Source: a virus (Duplodnaviria > Caudoviricetes). From it: 60,373 nt of DNA. Below the pieces are notes generated by a model. The model was not told the DNA's origin, searched no databases, and worked only from the letters and a program-made list of their open reading frames with translations. The DNA lies in IMG/VR virus record IMGVR_UViG_3300018418_000019, positions 1-60,373 of that record. One strand, written 5' to 3'. Below are positions 32,986 to 42,994 of the stretch, one piece after another. Position 1 is the stretch's first letter; every line of letters begins with the position of its first letter. The position numbers and the translations under genes were made by a program.

Positions 32986-33412
32986 TTACCTCTTCTCCGT
33001 GTAGCTTGCGGTAGAACCGCTGGATGATTAGTCTAGCTTTTTGAGTGAGCTGATATCTGGCCTTATATGTGTTCTTGTCATACTTAAGGAATGCCAGCTG
33101 TTCCATTGTAACCTTCTCTAGGTCTGTCCTGTAGTATATGCGCTCAATCATATTCCTCTGGCACAAAGGGTTTATGACTCTCTCGTAAAATTTCTTAGGA
33201 CTCTGATGCAGAGCCTTGGCTATATGGTTCTTTGTAAAGAACTCATAGTCATACATGAACAGCATGGACTCTAGCTCGTTCTCTGTTATGTCGTGCCTAC
33301 TGCATATATCCCTCTTCGCTAGCTTGTAGTACTTGAGGTAGTTGTGATTCACGTACCTCTCATTAAGCATAGAGAACTCTCGAAACTTCCTGCCCGTATG
33401 TGTTCTGCTCAT
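32939..33412 (-). CDS. Putative winged-helix (MarR-like) regulator
   Basis: DITENELESMLFMYD...INPL...MIE...YQLTQKAR pattern. Confidence 0.55.
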   Translation of the reverse strand: MSRTHTGRKFREFSMLNERYVNHNYLKYYKLAKRDICSRHDITENELESMLFMYDYEFFTKNHIAKALHQSPKKFYERVINPLCQRNMIERIYYRTDLEKVTMEQLAFLKYDKNTYKARYQLTQKARLIIQRFYRKLHGEEVIKIAPRKSSGGENQT

Positions 33413-33417
33413 TGAAG

Positions 33418-33425
33418 TATATTTG
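33418..33425 (+). promoter_or_regulatory. Sigma-70 -7 element (TATATTTG)
   Basis: In the short divergent gap before 33444. Confidence 0.6.
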
Positions 33426-33443
33426 TGATGTAAAATTAAAGAT

Positions 33444-34379
33444 ATGGCTTCACTTAGCGGAACTCAGATTAAGAACACATACACTGGCTTGTTGAAGACA
33501 GAGCTCAATACGGCTATCAGCGCAGCTGACCAAGTAGTAACCGATGGAGCTGGAGGCACTACTGGGTTGTCGCTTTCGTCATCTTCTGTAAAGGCGGCGT
33601 CTCTAAAGATTACATCCGTATCTCAAAATCAATCCAGAACAAAGTTCCTGAACTGGGACGCGACCGATGGCGTCATTGGATTCTACGATTTCACAGATAC
33701 GGACCCAGAGGTTACCGTTTCTAATACAGCGACTAGCGCTACCGTAACTATTGGTACTAACGCCCTCAATGATTTCACCATTGCGAATGGTACGAATACT
33801 ACGGTAAACCTTAGTGGCACAACTATTACGATTGACGCTGAACTTACCAGAGCATACTTTGGTGAGAAAATTGACCCAACCTCACCTGGAACAAACTACT
33901 CTAAATCAATTTCTTCAGACGACTCAGGCAAGATGTTTACGCTGGCAAATACCAGCCAGGAGGTTGGTCAAGTGCTTTTGCCAGCTGCTGAGGTTGGATT
34001 GAGATACAAGTTTGTCGTGGTGAGCGATAACCTGGGTACTTTTGATATTGACACAGACGGTACAGATATTTATTCTGGTGGCATCTTGCTCACCAACTCG
34101 GCTACCGACAGAACGGGCAGTTCGTCAATATCCATCCCATACTCTATGCTTAGCCCAGCTGGTACGAATAAGAACCGCATAAGGCTTACTGCAAATACCT
34201 CAACTAGTGGAAACAAAGCTGGAACCTGGGTCGAGTTGCATTGTTACGCCACAAACAGGTGGGTAGTTACTGGCAACGCCTATTGCGATGAGACCTATTC
34301 ATACTTTGCTCCAGGCGGAACTGGCTTGCCTGGCTCTCCGTCGACAACGGATTTCCCAGCTATCTTCACTACGAAGTAA
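33444..34379 (+). CDS. Putative virion appendage/decoration protein
   Basis: Thr/Ser/Gly-rich; C-terminal DSGK...LLPAA.VGL.YKF...G..VEL...W.V.G beta-sandwich pattern. Confidence 0.55.
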   Translation: MASLSGTQIKNTYTGLLKTELNTAISAADQVVTDGAGGTTGLSLSSSSVKAASLKITSVSQNQSRTKFLNWDATDGVIGFYDFTDTDPEVTVSNTATSATVTIGTNALNDFTIANGTNTTVNLSGTTITIDAELTRAYFGEKIDPTSPGTNYSKSISSDDSGKMFTLANTSQEVGQVLLPAAEVGLRYKFVVVSDNLGTFDIDTDGTDIYSGGILLTNSATDRTGSSSISIPYSMLSPAGTNKNRIRLTANTSTSGNKAGTWVELHCYATNRWVVTGNAYCDETYSYFAPGGTGLPGSPSTTDFPAIFTTK

Positions 34380-34397
34380 TTGTCGTAACTTGATAAC

Positions 34398-34679
34398 ATG
34401 GACAGTATTCTAAAGAAGACCATGTTCGAGGAGATTGATTCTTGCTTCGAGCAGATTGAGGAGATAGTGGCTAAGTACAATATGTCAGACAACATAGTGT
34501 ACATGGGTTGCGTGGGGGTATGTGAAGAAGCCTCAGAGGATGTCCATGAGTGGCAGGTTAAGTACACCTGGAATGTAAAAGACGTTAACGAGCTAGACGA
34601 GGTGATTCAGCTTCAGGTTGAGGCATTTGCTAAGACACAGGAGCCAGACGACCCCCTCGACTATCTCTTTATGAATTAA
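34398..34679 (+). CDS. Acidic hypothetical protein
   Basis: First gene of the packaging operon; TAACTTGA box 4 nt upstream. Confidence 0.65.
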   Translation: MDSILKKTMFEEIDSCFEQIEEIVAKYNMSDNIVYMGCVGVCEEASEDVHEWQVKYTWNVKDVNELDEVIQLQVEAFAKTQEPDDPLDYLFMN

Positions 34680-34680
34680 C

Positions 34681-34917
34681 ATGAACCTAATTAGAAAGAT
34701 TGTCGTTGGGCCAAATCCCAAGGACGCAATGGCCTATTATGTGGGCATGAGGGCTGGTAAGGGAAAAGTATCAGCCATAGTCGAAGACGAACGAGCTATG
34801 TTTAATCACAGCATTCGGAGATACAACGTATTCATCGAGGACGAAGATTCTACCTATATTTGGAAAACGGTTGAGAATCAACCCGTCTTAGTTGAATACG
34901 ATTGTAATTTTGAATGA
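34681..34917 (+). CDS. Small protein upstream of GroES-like gene
   Basis: LIRKIVVG.NPKDAMAYYVG...IWK...VEYD; function unknown. Confidence 0.7.
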   Translation: MNLIRKIVVGPNPKDAMAYYVGMRAGKGKVSAIVEDERAMFNHSIRRYNVFIEDEDSTYIWKTVENQPVLVEYDCNFE

Positions 34918-35495
34918 AGTCTCTAAACGACTTTATCGTAAGGGTAGAAAAAGCCTTTAACGATACGCTCAACCTCGGCGATAAGGAGATATACCTCGAC
35001 TCAAAGTGGAATGAGTTTGAGAACAGAATATGTTATGGCGAAATAGTTTGCGCTCCATCAAGGTTTGATACTGGAGCCAAGCCTGGCGACACACTATTCT
35101 TTCATCACCACGTAACCACCACCGAGTATTACAAGTTAGACGAAGACCTTTATGTGTCTAGCTTTGGTAGCTTCAGGCCAAACTCGATAGCGTACCGAAG
35201 AAAGGAAGACAACGAGATTGTCATGCTTGGTAACTGGCTTTTTGTAGAGCCGTGGGAGGTCGATAAGACAGATAAGGTTACGGATTCTGGAATCATAACT
35301 CAGCTCGGTATAAACGTGAAGGACAGGGACGTAGCCAAGGTCGTTACCCCTACAAGCTACCTCAAGGAGCAGGGTGTTGTTAAGGGGTCTATCGTGGGCT
35401 TTTCAGCGGATGCCGACTACAAGATGATTCTTGATGACGGTTCCGTTGTTTATAGAATGACTGAAGACCACCTGCTCTATGTCGAAGAAGGCTAA
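34914..35495 (+). CDS. GroES-like co-chaperonin, apparently two tandem domains
   Basis: Two repeats of the pattern: FIVRV...GEIV...KPGDTLFF and WLFVEP...TDSGII...AKVV...VVKGSIVGF...YRM. Confidence 0.65.
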   Translation: MKSLNDFIVRVEKAFNDTLNLGDKEIYLDSKWNEFENRICYGEIVCAPSRFDTGAKPGDTLFFHHHVTTTEYYKLDEDLYVSSFGSFRPNSIAYRRKEDNEIVMLGNWLFVEPWEVDKTDKVTDSGIITQLGINVKDRDVAKVVTPTSYLKEQGVVKGSIVGFSADADYKMILDDGSVVYRMTEDHLLYVEEG

Positions 35496-35772
35496 CTTCA
35501 CAACCATTGAAGCCTCGATTAGGCTCATGGAGTCTATGGAGGTTGCAATCAACAACATGATTCAGGAGATTAAGAAGCCTGTCGACCCAGAAGTTAGCGG
35601 TAGTGCTAGGAAGGCTGAGCTTCAATCCATTAAACAGACTGCGGTTGATTGTAAGGAACTTATTGTAGAACGGCAAAGGCTAGAGCAGATGGTTAAGGAC
35701 CTGAAGCAGAACGGTGAGATTGAAGCTAACAAGGACTACTCTGGCGGATTTGCAGAACGCTTCAGTAAATAA
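35479..35772 (+). CDS. Putative terminase small subunit
   Basis: Helical 97-aa protein ending GFAERFSK, directly upstream of terL; positional inference. Confidence 0.45.
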   Translation: MSKKANFTTIEASIRLMESMEVAINNMIQEIKKPVDPEVSGSARKAELQSIKQTAVDCKELIVERQRLEQMVKDLKQNGEIEANKDYSGGFAERFSK

Positions 35773-37886
35773 TGTCACTGGTATACAGAGAGAATGAAGA
35801 GGCTCTTATCTCAATTTGCCCCAACGGTACGAAGGGAGAGGTTGTTGAACTTGCGGGGTTATTCATTCTTCTTCCCGCTCAGCCTCCCAAGAAGGAGATT
35901 CTTGGATATGAAAAACCAGACGACCTGCAGCTGTGGCAAAGGATTCCTATGCCAGCAGAGTTGTCTAGGATTAAGTCTATGGATGAGTGGTCAGAGATGC
36001 CCAAGGAGTTTAGAGAAAAGTTTCATCCATATATCGAAGAGGAGTTTCGCCGTAGGCGTGAGGGTCTTTGGTTTTTCAATAAAGGTATTCCTACATATAT
36101 TACGGGCAGGCACTACATGATGCTTCAATGGACTAAGCTAGATGTCGGGTATCCTGACTACTTAGCTTTCCAGAGAGACATATTCTTGCACATGGCGGCA
36201 TGTGAGTCAGACCCTCGTTGTATGGGTCAGCTGTATACTAAGTGTCGGCGTAGTGGCTACACAAATATCTGTTCATCGGTACTCTTAGATGAGGCCACTC
36301 AGATAAAAGACAAGCTTCTGGGTATCCAATCCAAAACTGGTAAGGACGCGCAGGAGAACATATTCATGAAGAAGGTGGTGTACATGTTCCGACACTACCC
36401 CTTCTTCTTTAAGCCCATTCAGGATGGTACCACTAACCCACGCATGGAGTTGGCTTTTCGCGAGCCGAGTAAGAGAATCACGAAGAACAATAAGACTTCG
36501 CAGAAGGGCGAGGCTCTTAATACGGTAATCAACTGGAAGAACACAACCAACAACGCATACGACGGTGAGAAACTCCACATGCTTTACCTCGATGAGGCTG
36601 GCAAGTGGGAGAAGCCAACGGATATACGTGAGGCTTGGCGCATTGAAAGAACGTGCCTTATTGTTGGTAGGAAGATTATCGGAAAGGCTTTGGTGGGTTC
36701 TACCGTGAACCCTATGGATAAGGGTGGCAGTCAGTTCAAGCAGCTGTGGGATGATTCCGACGTTGCTAAAAGGAATGCTAACGGGAGGACTACGTCTGGC
36801 TTGTACCGCATATTTGTCCCCGCATTTGATGCGCTTGAGGGATTCTTCGACAAGTACGGAAACCCCATTGTCGATACGGATAAACCCGTTGAGGCTATGG
36901 ATGGTGAGTATATGCAGTTTGGTTCTAAGCAGTTCCTTAAGAACGAACGTGACGCAATGAAGCACGACGCAAGAGAGCTAAATGAATTTATTCGTCAATT
37001 CCCATTCACCACCGACGAGGCCTTTAGGGATTCTATTGAAGGAAGTCTATTCAACATAGGTAAGATTTACGAGCAGATAGAACACAACGACACCCTGTTC
37101 CCCGACCCAGTGGTTCGAGGCAACTTTGTTTGGGCAGGTGGCGTACAAGACACCAAGGTTATATTCAATCCATCTTCACAGGGCAGGTGGTATATATCGT
37201 GGATGCCAGACCCAGACAAGAGGAGTGTTCTGCGCGAGGAGCGAGGAAGGAAGGTACCGCCAAATTCAAGTCTTGGTTGCGGGGGTGTTGACTCCTATGA
37301 CATCGACGCGACGGTAGACTCAAGTAGAGGTTCTAAGGGTGCGTGCCACATATACAACAAGTTCAACATTGACGGAGCTAGTAACATGTTTGTTGCTGAG
37401 TATGCCAGCCGCCCACCACTCGCTAAGATATTTTACGAGGACGTCCTTATGGCCGCAGTGTTTTACGGATATCCATTGCTCATAGAGAACAACAAGTACG
37501 GTATAGTTAGATACTTTGAGTCTAGGGGATATGATGGCTATGTCATGGATAGACCAGAGCACCTTAGAAACAACACGTCGTCTTCAAATGTTAAAACCAA
37601 GGGGATACCATCAAACTCACAGGATGTTATACACGCCCACGCCCAGGCAATAGAAGACTACATACATAACCACGTCGGTTTAGATGAAGAGGGCAACATG
37701 GGCAGCATGTACTTTAATAGAACATTGGAGGATTGGATTGGCTTTAAGATTGACAACAGGACAAAGTATGACTTGACAATCAGCGCTGGCTTGGCTTTGC
37801 TTGCCGCTCAAAAGTCAAATCCTAAGAAAGCTCCATCTAACTTCGAGGACAAGGTGTTTTTCAGGAGGTACCCCGTCCGCCAATAA
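35772..37886 (+). CDS. terL: Terminase large subunit
   Basis: YITG.HY, Walker A-like KCRRSGYT, Walker B LYLDEAGK, GST coupling motif, RQFP...EAF, nuclease GGVDSYD, IENN, YDLTIS. Confidence 0.92.
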   Translation: MSLVYRENEEALISICPNGTKGEVVELAGLFILLPAQPPKKEILGYEKPDDLQLWQRIPMPAELSRIKSMDEWSEMPKEFREKFHPYIEEEFRRRREGLWFFNKGIPTYITGRHYMMLQWTKLDVGYPDYLAFQRDIFLHMAACESDPRCMGQLYTKCRRSGYTNICSSVLLDEATQIKDKLLGIQSKTGKDAQENIFMKKVVYMFRHYPFFFKPIQDGTTNPRMELAFREPSKRITKNNKTSQKGEALNTVINWKNTTNNAYDGEKLHMLYLDEAGKWEKPTDIREAWRIERTCLIVGRKIIGKALVGSTVNPMDKGGSQFKQLWDDSDVAKRNANGRTTSGLYRIFVPAFDALEGFFDKYGNPIVDTDKPVEAMDGEYMQFGSKQFLKNERDAMKHDARELNEFIRQFPFTTDEAFRDSIEGSLFNIGKIYEQIEHNDTLFPDPVVRGNFVWAGGVQDTKVIFNPSSQGRWYISWMPDPDKRSVLREERGRKVPPNSSLGCGGVDSYDIDATVDSSRGSKGACHIYNKFNIDGASNMFVAEYASRPPLAKIFYEDVLMAAVFYGYPLLIENNKYGIVRYFESRGYDGYVMDRPEHLRNNTSSSNVKTKGIPSNSQDVIHAHAQAIEDYIHNHVGLDEEGNMGSMYFNRTLEDWIGFKIDNRTKYDLTISAGLALLAAQKSNPKKAPSNFEDKVFFRRYPVRQ

Positions 37887-37903
37887 GTCATTTCTAGTAT
37901 TGC

Positions 37904-37911
37904 TATATTTG
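37904..37911 (+). promoter_or_regulatory. Sigma-70 -7 element (TATATTTG)
   Basis: Upstream of the portal gene. Confidence 0.65.
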
Positions 37912-37932
37912 CGTGAGCCCAAATAGCAATCA

Positions 37933-40377
37933 ATGACCTCAGGCAACAGAAATCAAAGCAAGTTCCCAAACCCATTAGCACCTCAAGAGGAGAAGGCTAC
38001 GGACGATTACGGACTGAGATATGCCAAGGCCATCGAAGGTCAATGGGGTAGTGCCGACGACGTAAGCTCTGTTGTAGGGGGGAGGCAGCGTGACTTCGAG
38101 AGAAATCGTGACTACGCCAATGGAACGCAAGACACGTCTATCTACAAGCAGATTCTAAACTCTCTCGACCCTAATAACGGCGACGGCACCCTGCTTAATC
38201 TCGACTGGAGTCCAGTTCCTATCGTACCTAAGTTCGTTAAGGTTGTCGTAAACAAGGTTCTTTCCCGCAAACCATACCCTTCAGTAGAGGCTATTGACCC
38301 AGTTTCGAAAGGTGAGAAGGACGAGAAGAAGGCCCTTATAGAGTCGTCCATAGAAAATAAGTCTATACTTCAGGAGGCTAGAACGATAGGTCTTAAGACA
38401 GAGCTAGACCCTTCCGAATTACCAGACTCTACGGAAGAAGCAGAAATCTTTATGGAGCAAAACATAAAGACGAATGCGGAGATTGCTGCTCAGATTGGAA
38501 CGTCCCTGACCTTAGATTGGAATGATTTCGATGACGGCGTATACAGGCGTTGTGTTGAAGACTTGGTGGTGTGCGGCATGGGTGTTGCCAAAAGAACCAA
38601 CGACCCAAACTACGGCATCACCATTGAGTATGTGGACCCAGCTAAGTTTGTTCACAGCTACACGGAAGACCCTAATATGTCCGACATCGTATACGGTGGT
38701 CACATAAGGCACGTAAGTATTGGTGAGCTCAAGAGACTTGCTGGCGATTCGTTCACGGAAAAAGAGTACGAAGAGATTGCTAACAAGGCTAAGTCCAAGT
38801 CATTCAATGACAGCTCGAACTTTAGTTCAAGAACCTTTGACAAGGTGTCTGGTTCTATGCGGTATGGCTATGATGACTACCTTATTGAAATCCTTGACTT
38901 TGAGTTTGTTTCCGTTGACTGCGTGTATTACGAGAGCAAGGAATCTAGATTCGGTAACGTAGGTTTTTACTACAAGGGTTTTGATTACAAGACTCCAACG
39001 GAATCTGTTTACAATAGGGAGCCTTTTAAGATGGAGGTGGAGACCGTGTATGGTGGAAGCTACCTTATTGGTGCTAACAAAATATTTAATTACGGTGTCA
39101 AGAAAAATGTTCCCAAGAACGTTCACGACTTAACTAAAGCTCGCCTATCGTACAGTGTTGCATGTACCAACCTGCGTCGCATGCGGCCCAAATCTATGGT
39201 TGGTTCTATTATAGGGTTTGCCGACCAGCTCCAGCTCACACACCTTAAGATTCAACAGGCCATAGCTAAGGCTAAGCCAGACGGAGTTATCGTTGACATT
39301 GAGGGATTGGAGAATGTCCAGCTTGGCCGTGGGGGTGAGCTTCAGCCACTGCAGATTCAAGACATCTATGAGCAGACGGGTGTGTTTTACTACAGAAGTA
39401 AGAACCCTGACGGCACGGGTCAGCAGCCACCCATCCGCCCAATCGACAATACCATCAGGAACATCCAGCAATACGTCATGCTATACAACCACTACCTGAC
39501 AATGATTCGGGACGCTAGTGGCGTTAATGAGGTTATGGATGCAAGCACACCAAAGGGAGATGCCTTGGTTGGTGTTCGGCAGCAAGCGCTTGCCGCTGGC
39601 AACAATGCGTTGTACGACATCACCAACGCCTCGCTTGTTCTTTACAAGAGGGTTTGTCAGGATGTAGTAAAGTGCCTTCAGATTATACCAACTGATTCTG
39701 TCTTGTATCGAGTATACGAGAAGGCTATCGGTAAGTACAACATGGAGACGCTGGCCTCATTCCAAGAGCTGCCTATGTACAACTTTGGCGTGCGTGTTGT
39801 TAAGGAGATGAGCGATGAAGACAGAGTGTTTCTTGAGCAAAACATACAGCAGTCACTGGCTCAAAAGGAGATTGACCTTGAGGACGCATTAGCTGTCAGA
39901 CAGATTAAAGACATAGACCAAGCTCAAAGACTTCTCGTTGTTAGACGAAAGCGTCGTATGGCTGCCGCTAGTAAGGCGCAGCAGCAGAACATGCAGATGC
40001 AGCAGCAAATGAATGCTCAGAACCAGCAGATGGCTATGCAGATGCGTAGTCAACAAATACAGATGGAGGCTCAGGTCGAGGCCCAGAAAATCCAGCTTAA
40101 GGGGCAGACGGAGATTCAAGTCGCTCAAGCTCTTCATTCATTGAGAAGAGAGATTGAGATGATTCGCGCACAAGCGACCGTGGGTATGCGTTCTACAGAG
40201 CAGGAGTTTAGAGAAAAGATTGATATCCTTAAAGAGGATAGAAAGGACTCAAGGGTTGATAAGCAAGCTGCTGCTCAATCAAAGCTTATAGCTCAGCGAA
40301 AGGGAGAGCGCCCTGTAATGGATGAGGCGCCCGATGCTCAGGACGATATTATTTCTCAAATTTTGAACAATGGCTAA
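37933..40377 (+). CDS. Portal protein
   Basis: 814 aa after terL; LNLDWSPVPIVPKFV, IRD.SG.NE..D, Gln-rich C-terminal barrel helix typical of podovirus portals. Confidence 0.85.
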   Translation: MTSGNRNQSKFPNPLAPQEEKATDDYGLRYAKAIEGQWGSADDVSSVVGGRQRDFERNRDYANGTQDTSIYKQILNSLDPNNGDGTLLNLDWSPVPIVPKFVKVVVNKVLSRKPYPSVEAIDPVSKGEKDEKKALIESSIENKSILQEARTIGLKTELDPSELPDSTEEAEIFMEQNIKTNAEIAAQIGTSLTLDWNDFDDGVYRRCVEDLVVCGMGVAKRTNDPNYGITIEYVDPAKFVHSYTEDPNMSDIVYGGHIRHVSIGELKRLAGDSFTEKEYEEIANKAKSKSFNDSSNFSSRTFDKVSGSMRYGYDDYLIEILDFEFVSVDCVYYESKESRFGNVGFYYKGFDYKTPTESVYNREPFKMEVETVYGGSYLIGANKIFNYGVKKNVPKNVHDLTKARLSYSVACTNLRRMRPKSMVGSIIGFADQLQLTHLKIQQAIAKAKPDGVIVDIEGLENVQLGRGGELQPLQIQDIYEQTGVFYYRSKNPDGTGQQPPIRPIDNTIRNIQQYVMLYNHYLTMIRDASGVNEVMDASTPKGDALVGVRQQALAAGNNALYDITNASLVLYKRVCQDVVKCLQIIPTDSVLYRVYEKAIGKYNMETLASFQELPMYNFGVRVVKEMSDEDRVFLEQNIQQSLAQKEIDLEDALAVRQIKDIDQAQRLLVVRRKRRMAAASKAQQQNMQMQQQMNAQNQQMAMQMRSQQIQMEAQVEAQKIQLKGQTEIQVAQALHSLRREIEMIRAQATVGMRSTEQEFREKIDILKEDRKDSRVDKQAAAQSKLIAQRKGERPVMDEAPDAQDDIISQILNNG

Positions 40378-40723
40378 TTCGGTAAATCTTGATACATCAA
40401 GTAGGCTTGATATAACGTGCAGGAAGGGAGACACGTTTCGGCTTATACTCACACTTACCGACGCCGCAGGAGCAGCCCTGGATGCCACCACCTATGACTT
40501 TAAGATGGAAGTGAGGGACAGTGATACTGCTGCATCTACCGTTGTAGCAGACACCGACGTAACCTACATAAAGGCTAGTGGTCAGCTCACGGTTGTTATA
40601 GACGAAGCCAACATGGATATGGATGGCGGCTTATATGTATACGACATCCAGGCATCTAAGAGTGGTGATGTTCAGACATGGCTTCATGGTTTGTTTAAGG
40701 TCAATGAAGATGTCACGGTATGA
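40370..40723 (+). CDS. Small Ig-like structural/fibre-docking protein
   Basis: LDI..R.GDTF...KMEVR...GLYVYDIQ...TWL.G.F.V.EDVT. Confidence 0.6.
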   Translation: MANSVNLDTSSRLDITCRKGDTFRLILTLTDAAGAALDATTYDFKMEVRDSDTAASTVVADTDVTYIKASGQLTVVIDEANMDMDGGLYVYDIQASKSGDVQTWLHGLFKVNEDVTV

Positions 40724-42261
40724 GCGATATTCAAATATCCATAAGGGATACGGCGAATATCTCCGTTGAGGTTCAGGCACGCCCTGGCGGTGTAAGCGCT
40801 GTAAACGTACCGTCTGTCCCAGCCATTGATGTTATTCAGAATGGCATCGTAACCTTTACATCTAGTGGTGGCGAGGGAGGGGCGGAGGTTCTAAACGACC
40901 TCACTGATGTTAACGCAGGCTCGGGGGGTAAGCAGGGAAACATTCTGTACTACAACACAGCGACGGCTCAGTGGGAAAAGGGAGACTATGATGACATAAG
41001 GGGTATACCAACCCTTGCAGCTGTAGCCACCTCTGGAAGCTATAATGACCTTACTGATGTTCCAGCCTCAAGTGATTTTAGCGGGGACTACAACGACCTG
41101 ACCAACACCCCCGAGCTATTCGATGGAGACTACAACAGTCTGACCAACACGCCTACCATCCCAACGGAACTCAACGACCTTACGGATGTTGACTTTTCTG
41201 GCGTCGCGCCAGCTCACGGTCAGATTCTTAAATACGATAGCGGGTCAGGCACATTCAAACCAGCTGACGATGAGTCTTCGCAGGTGACGGGCGGGGAGGG
41301 TACTATTGATGAGCTTGACGATATCGGTGACGTCTCCACCGCGACGGCTGGACAGTACGACTACCTTATGTATAACGGCCTTGACTGGATTAACGCTCAC
41401 CCAAAGATTGACCAGCAGATTGTTGTAAGCAACTCGGACGGGGCTCTTGGCAACGCGGTAGGGCAGACCTATCCTGCGGGGACTGACATCATGACTATCC
41501 TGCAGGACATCCTCACGGACTACTACCCCACCAATATAACTCTTACCAATCTCAAGATTCAGTTGCAGGGTACAGATGGTAGTTATGGTTCTACGACAAC
41601 CACGACTGGTACAACTCAGGAGGTGGGTAGAGGTGTTAAGGTGGTGGGATTCAATTTCACTATCGGTGATAACACGCAGACAGAGGACAACTCTGTAGAA
41701 TTTCAAACGTCTTCGGGTACGGTAATTGAGTCTGGTCTTTCTGACAGTAGCTTTTCCCCAGACCTTCAAGTAGGAAATATTCAAACTGTCGACCCCACAT
41801 CTGTAAGCACATCAGTGTCATCAAGTTACAGGGTTACAGTAAACGATAACGGCAGCGGCACTGACAACACAAGGACTTCTGGAAACAGAACCATAACCCA
41901 TCAGTGGTTGTACAAGATGTTTGCTTCTTCTACATCGTCTGTCTCTGACAATGCGGCGGCCCAGACGCTTTATGATTCAACCGCCGAGATTTCAGCTTTA
42001 GGTACAAACACAACTAAAACAATAACCTGTACCGCCAACAATAATTCAGGAACGAACTACACTTGGATTGTCTACCCATCAAGTTGGACTGAGATTACAT
42101 CAATCCTTCAGGACGGTTCTCTTTCCGTGCTTAGTGCATTTCAATCTCCTGTGACTAGGACGATAACGAATCAATACGGGGTATCTAAGGATTACTATTT
42201 TTATAGAAGCAATGACCCTGGGGCTTTTGCTGCAGATGTTCAACTCCAAGTATCCTTCTGA
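40720..42261 (+). CDS. Fibre/appendage protein with L.DL.DV and (S/D)G.YNDL repeats
   Basis: Repeated LNDLTDV...G..L.Y....W and SGSYNDL/SGDYNDL/DGDYNSL units. Confidence 0.7.
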   Translation: MSDIQISIRDTANISVEVQARPGGVSAVNVPSVPAIDVIQNGIVTFTSSGGEGGAEVLNDLTDVNAGSGGKQGNILYYNTATAQWEKGDYDDIRGIPTLAAVATSGSYNDLTDVPASSDFSGDYNDLTNTPELFDGDYNSLTNTPTIPTELNDLTDVDFSGVAPAHGQILKYDSGSGTFKPADDESSQVTGGEGTIDELDDIGDVSTATAGQYDYLMYNGLDWINAHPKIDQQIVVSNSDGALGNAVGQTYPAGTDIMTILQDILTDYYPTNITLTNLKIQLQGTDGSYGSTTTTTGTTQEVGRGVKVVGFNFTIGDNTQTEDNSVEFQTSSGTVIESGLSDSSFSPDLQVGNIQTVDPTSVSTSVSSSYRVTVNDNGSGTDNTRTSGNRTITHQWLYKMFASSTSSVSDNAAAQTLYDSTAEISALGTNTTKTITCTANNNSGTNYTWIVYPSSWTEITSILQDGSLSVLSAFQSPVTRTITNQYGVSKDYYFYRSNDPGAFAADVQLQVSF

Positions 42262-42962
42262 TGGCAGTACTGTTTCCAGACAATCTAAAGCACAACAACG
42301 ATAACAGGCCAATACTTGATGTAAGCAATAATCAAGTCAAGGGCCTTGGCATTTTTGCTTCTGTATCGGATAGGAATGCTCTTGATTCTACAATACAGAC
42401 TGACGGATTTTTGGCGCTCACCAATGATGGCGGCAGCTACAAAGCTTTCGTCTTTACTGGGAGCACATGGAGTAGTGAATCGGACTGGACTGAGGTTGGG
42501 GGTGATGCCCTGCCCGCTGGTTCAAACTACTCCGTGTTGGTTCGAGGTGGCGACAATGCTATATCGTTCAACACCACCCCTAGGATTAGTGCGGTAGAGG
42601 TATTTAACAGCTCGGGGGCTTCCGCACCGAACATCATGTTCACAAGGACATCTGATGATAGCGGAGCGGCGCAAGCCACGGGCAACGGAGACTCCTTGGG
42701 TCAGATTACTTTCAGGGGACACAATAGTTCGGACTCTGTGACTGATGCTGGTCTGATAAAGTTTACTCAGGTTGGGGCTGCGGGTTCATCAGTCAGCTCT
42801 AAGATGGAGCTTAGTGTCGGAACAAGCTCTGGCTCACAGGTTGCACTAACCGTTAATGAAGAAAGAGTTTTGTCTATACCGCGCTTGACGGCTACACCAA
42901 CCGCCGTGGCTGGAGGGTTGTACGCCGACAACTCAGACAATATCTATTTCGGTGTGTTGTAA
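42261..42962 (+). CDS. Fibre/appendage protein
   Basis: Ser/Gly-rich; GDSLGQITFRG beta-repeat; in the structural cluster. Confidence 0.6.
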   Translation: MAVLFPDNLKHNNDNRPILDVSNNQVKGLGIFASVSDRNALDSTIQTDGFLALTNDGGSYKAFVFTGSTWSSESDWTEVGGDALPAGSNYSVLVRGGDNAISFNTTPRISAVEVFNSSGASAPNIMFTRTSDDSGAAQATGNGDSLGQITFRGHNSSDSVTDAGLIKFTQVGAAGSSVSSKMELSVGTSSGSQVALTVNEERVLSIPRLTATPTAVAGGLYADNSDNIYFGVL

Positions 42963-42968
42963 ATAAGT

Positions 42969-42976
42969 TATATTTG
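42969..42976 (+). promoter_or_regulatory. Sigma-70 -7 element (TATATTTG)
   Basis: Intergenic, upstream of 42995. Confidence 0.65.
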
Positions 42977-42994
42977 TTCCGAATAATTTGAAGC

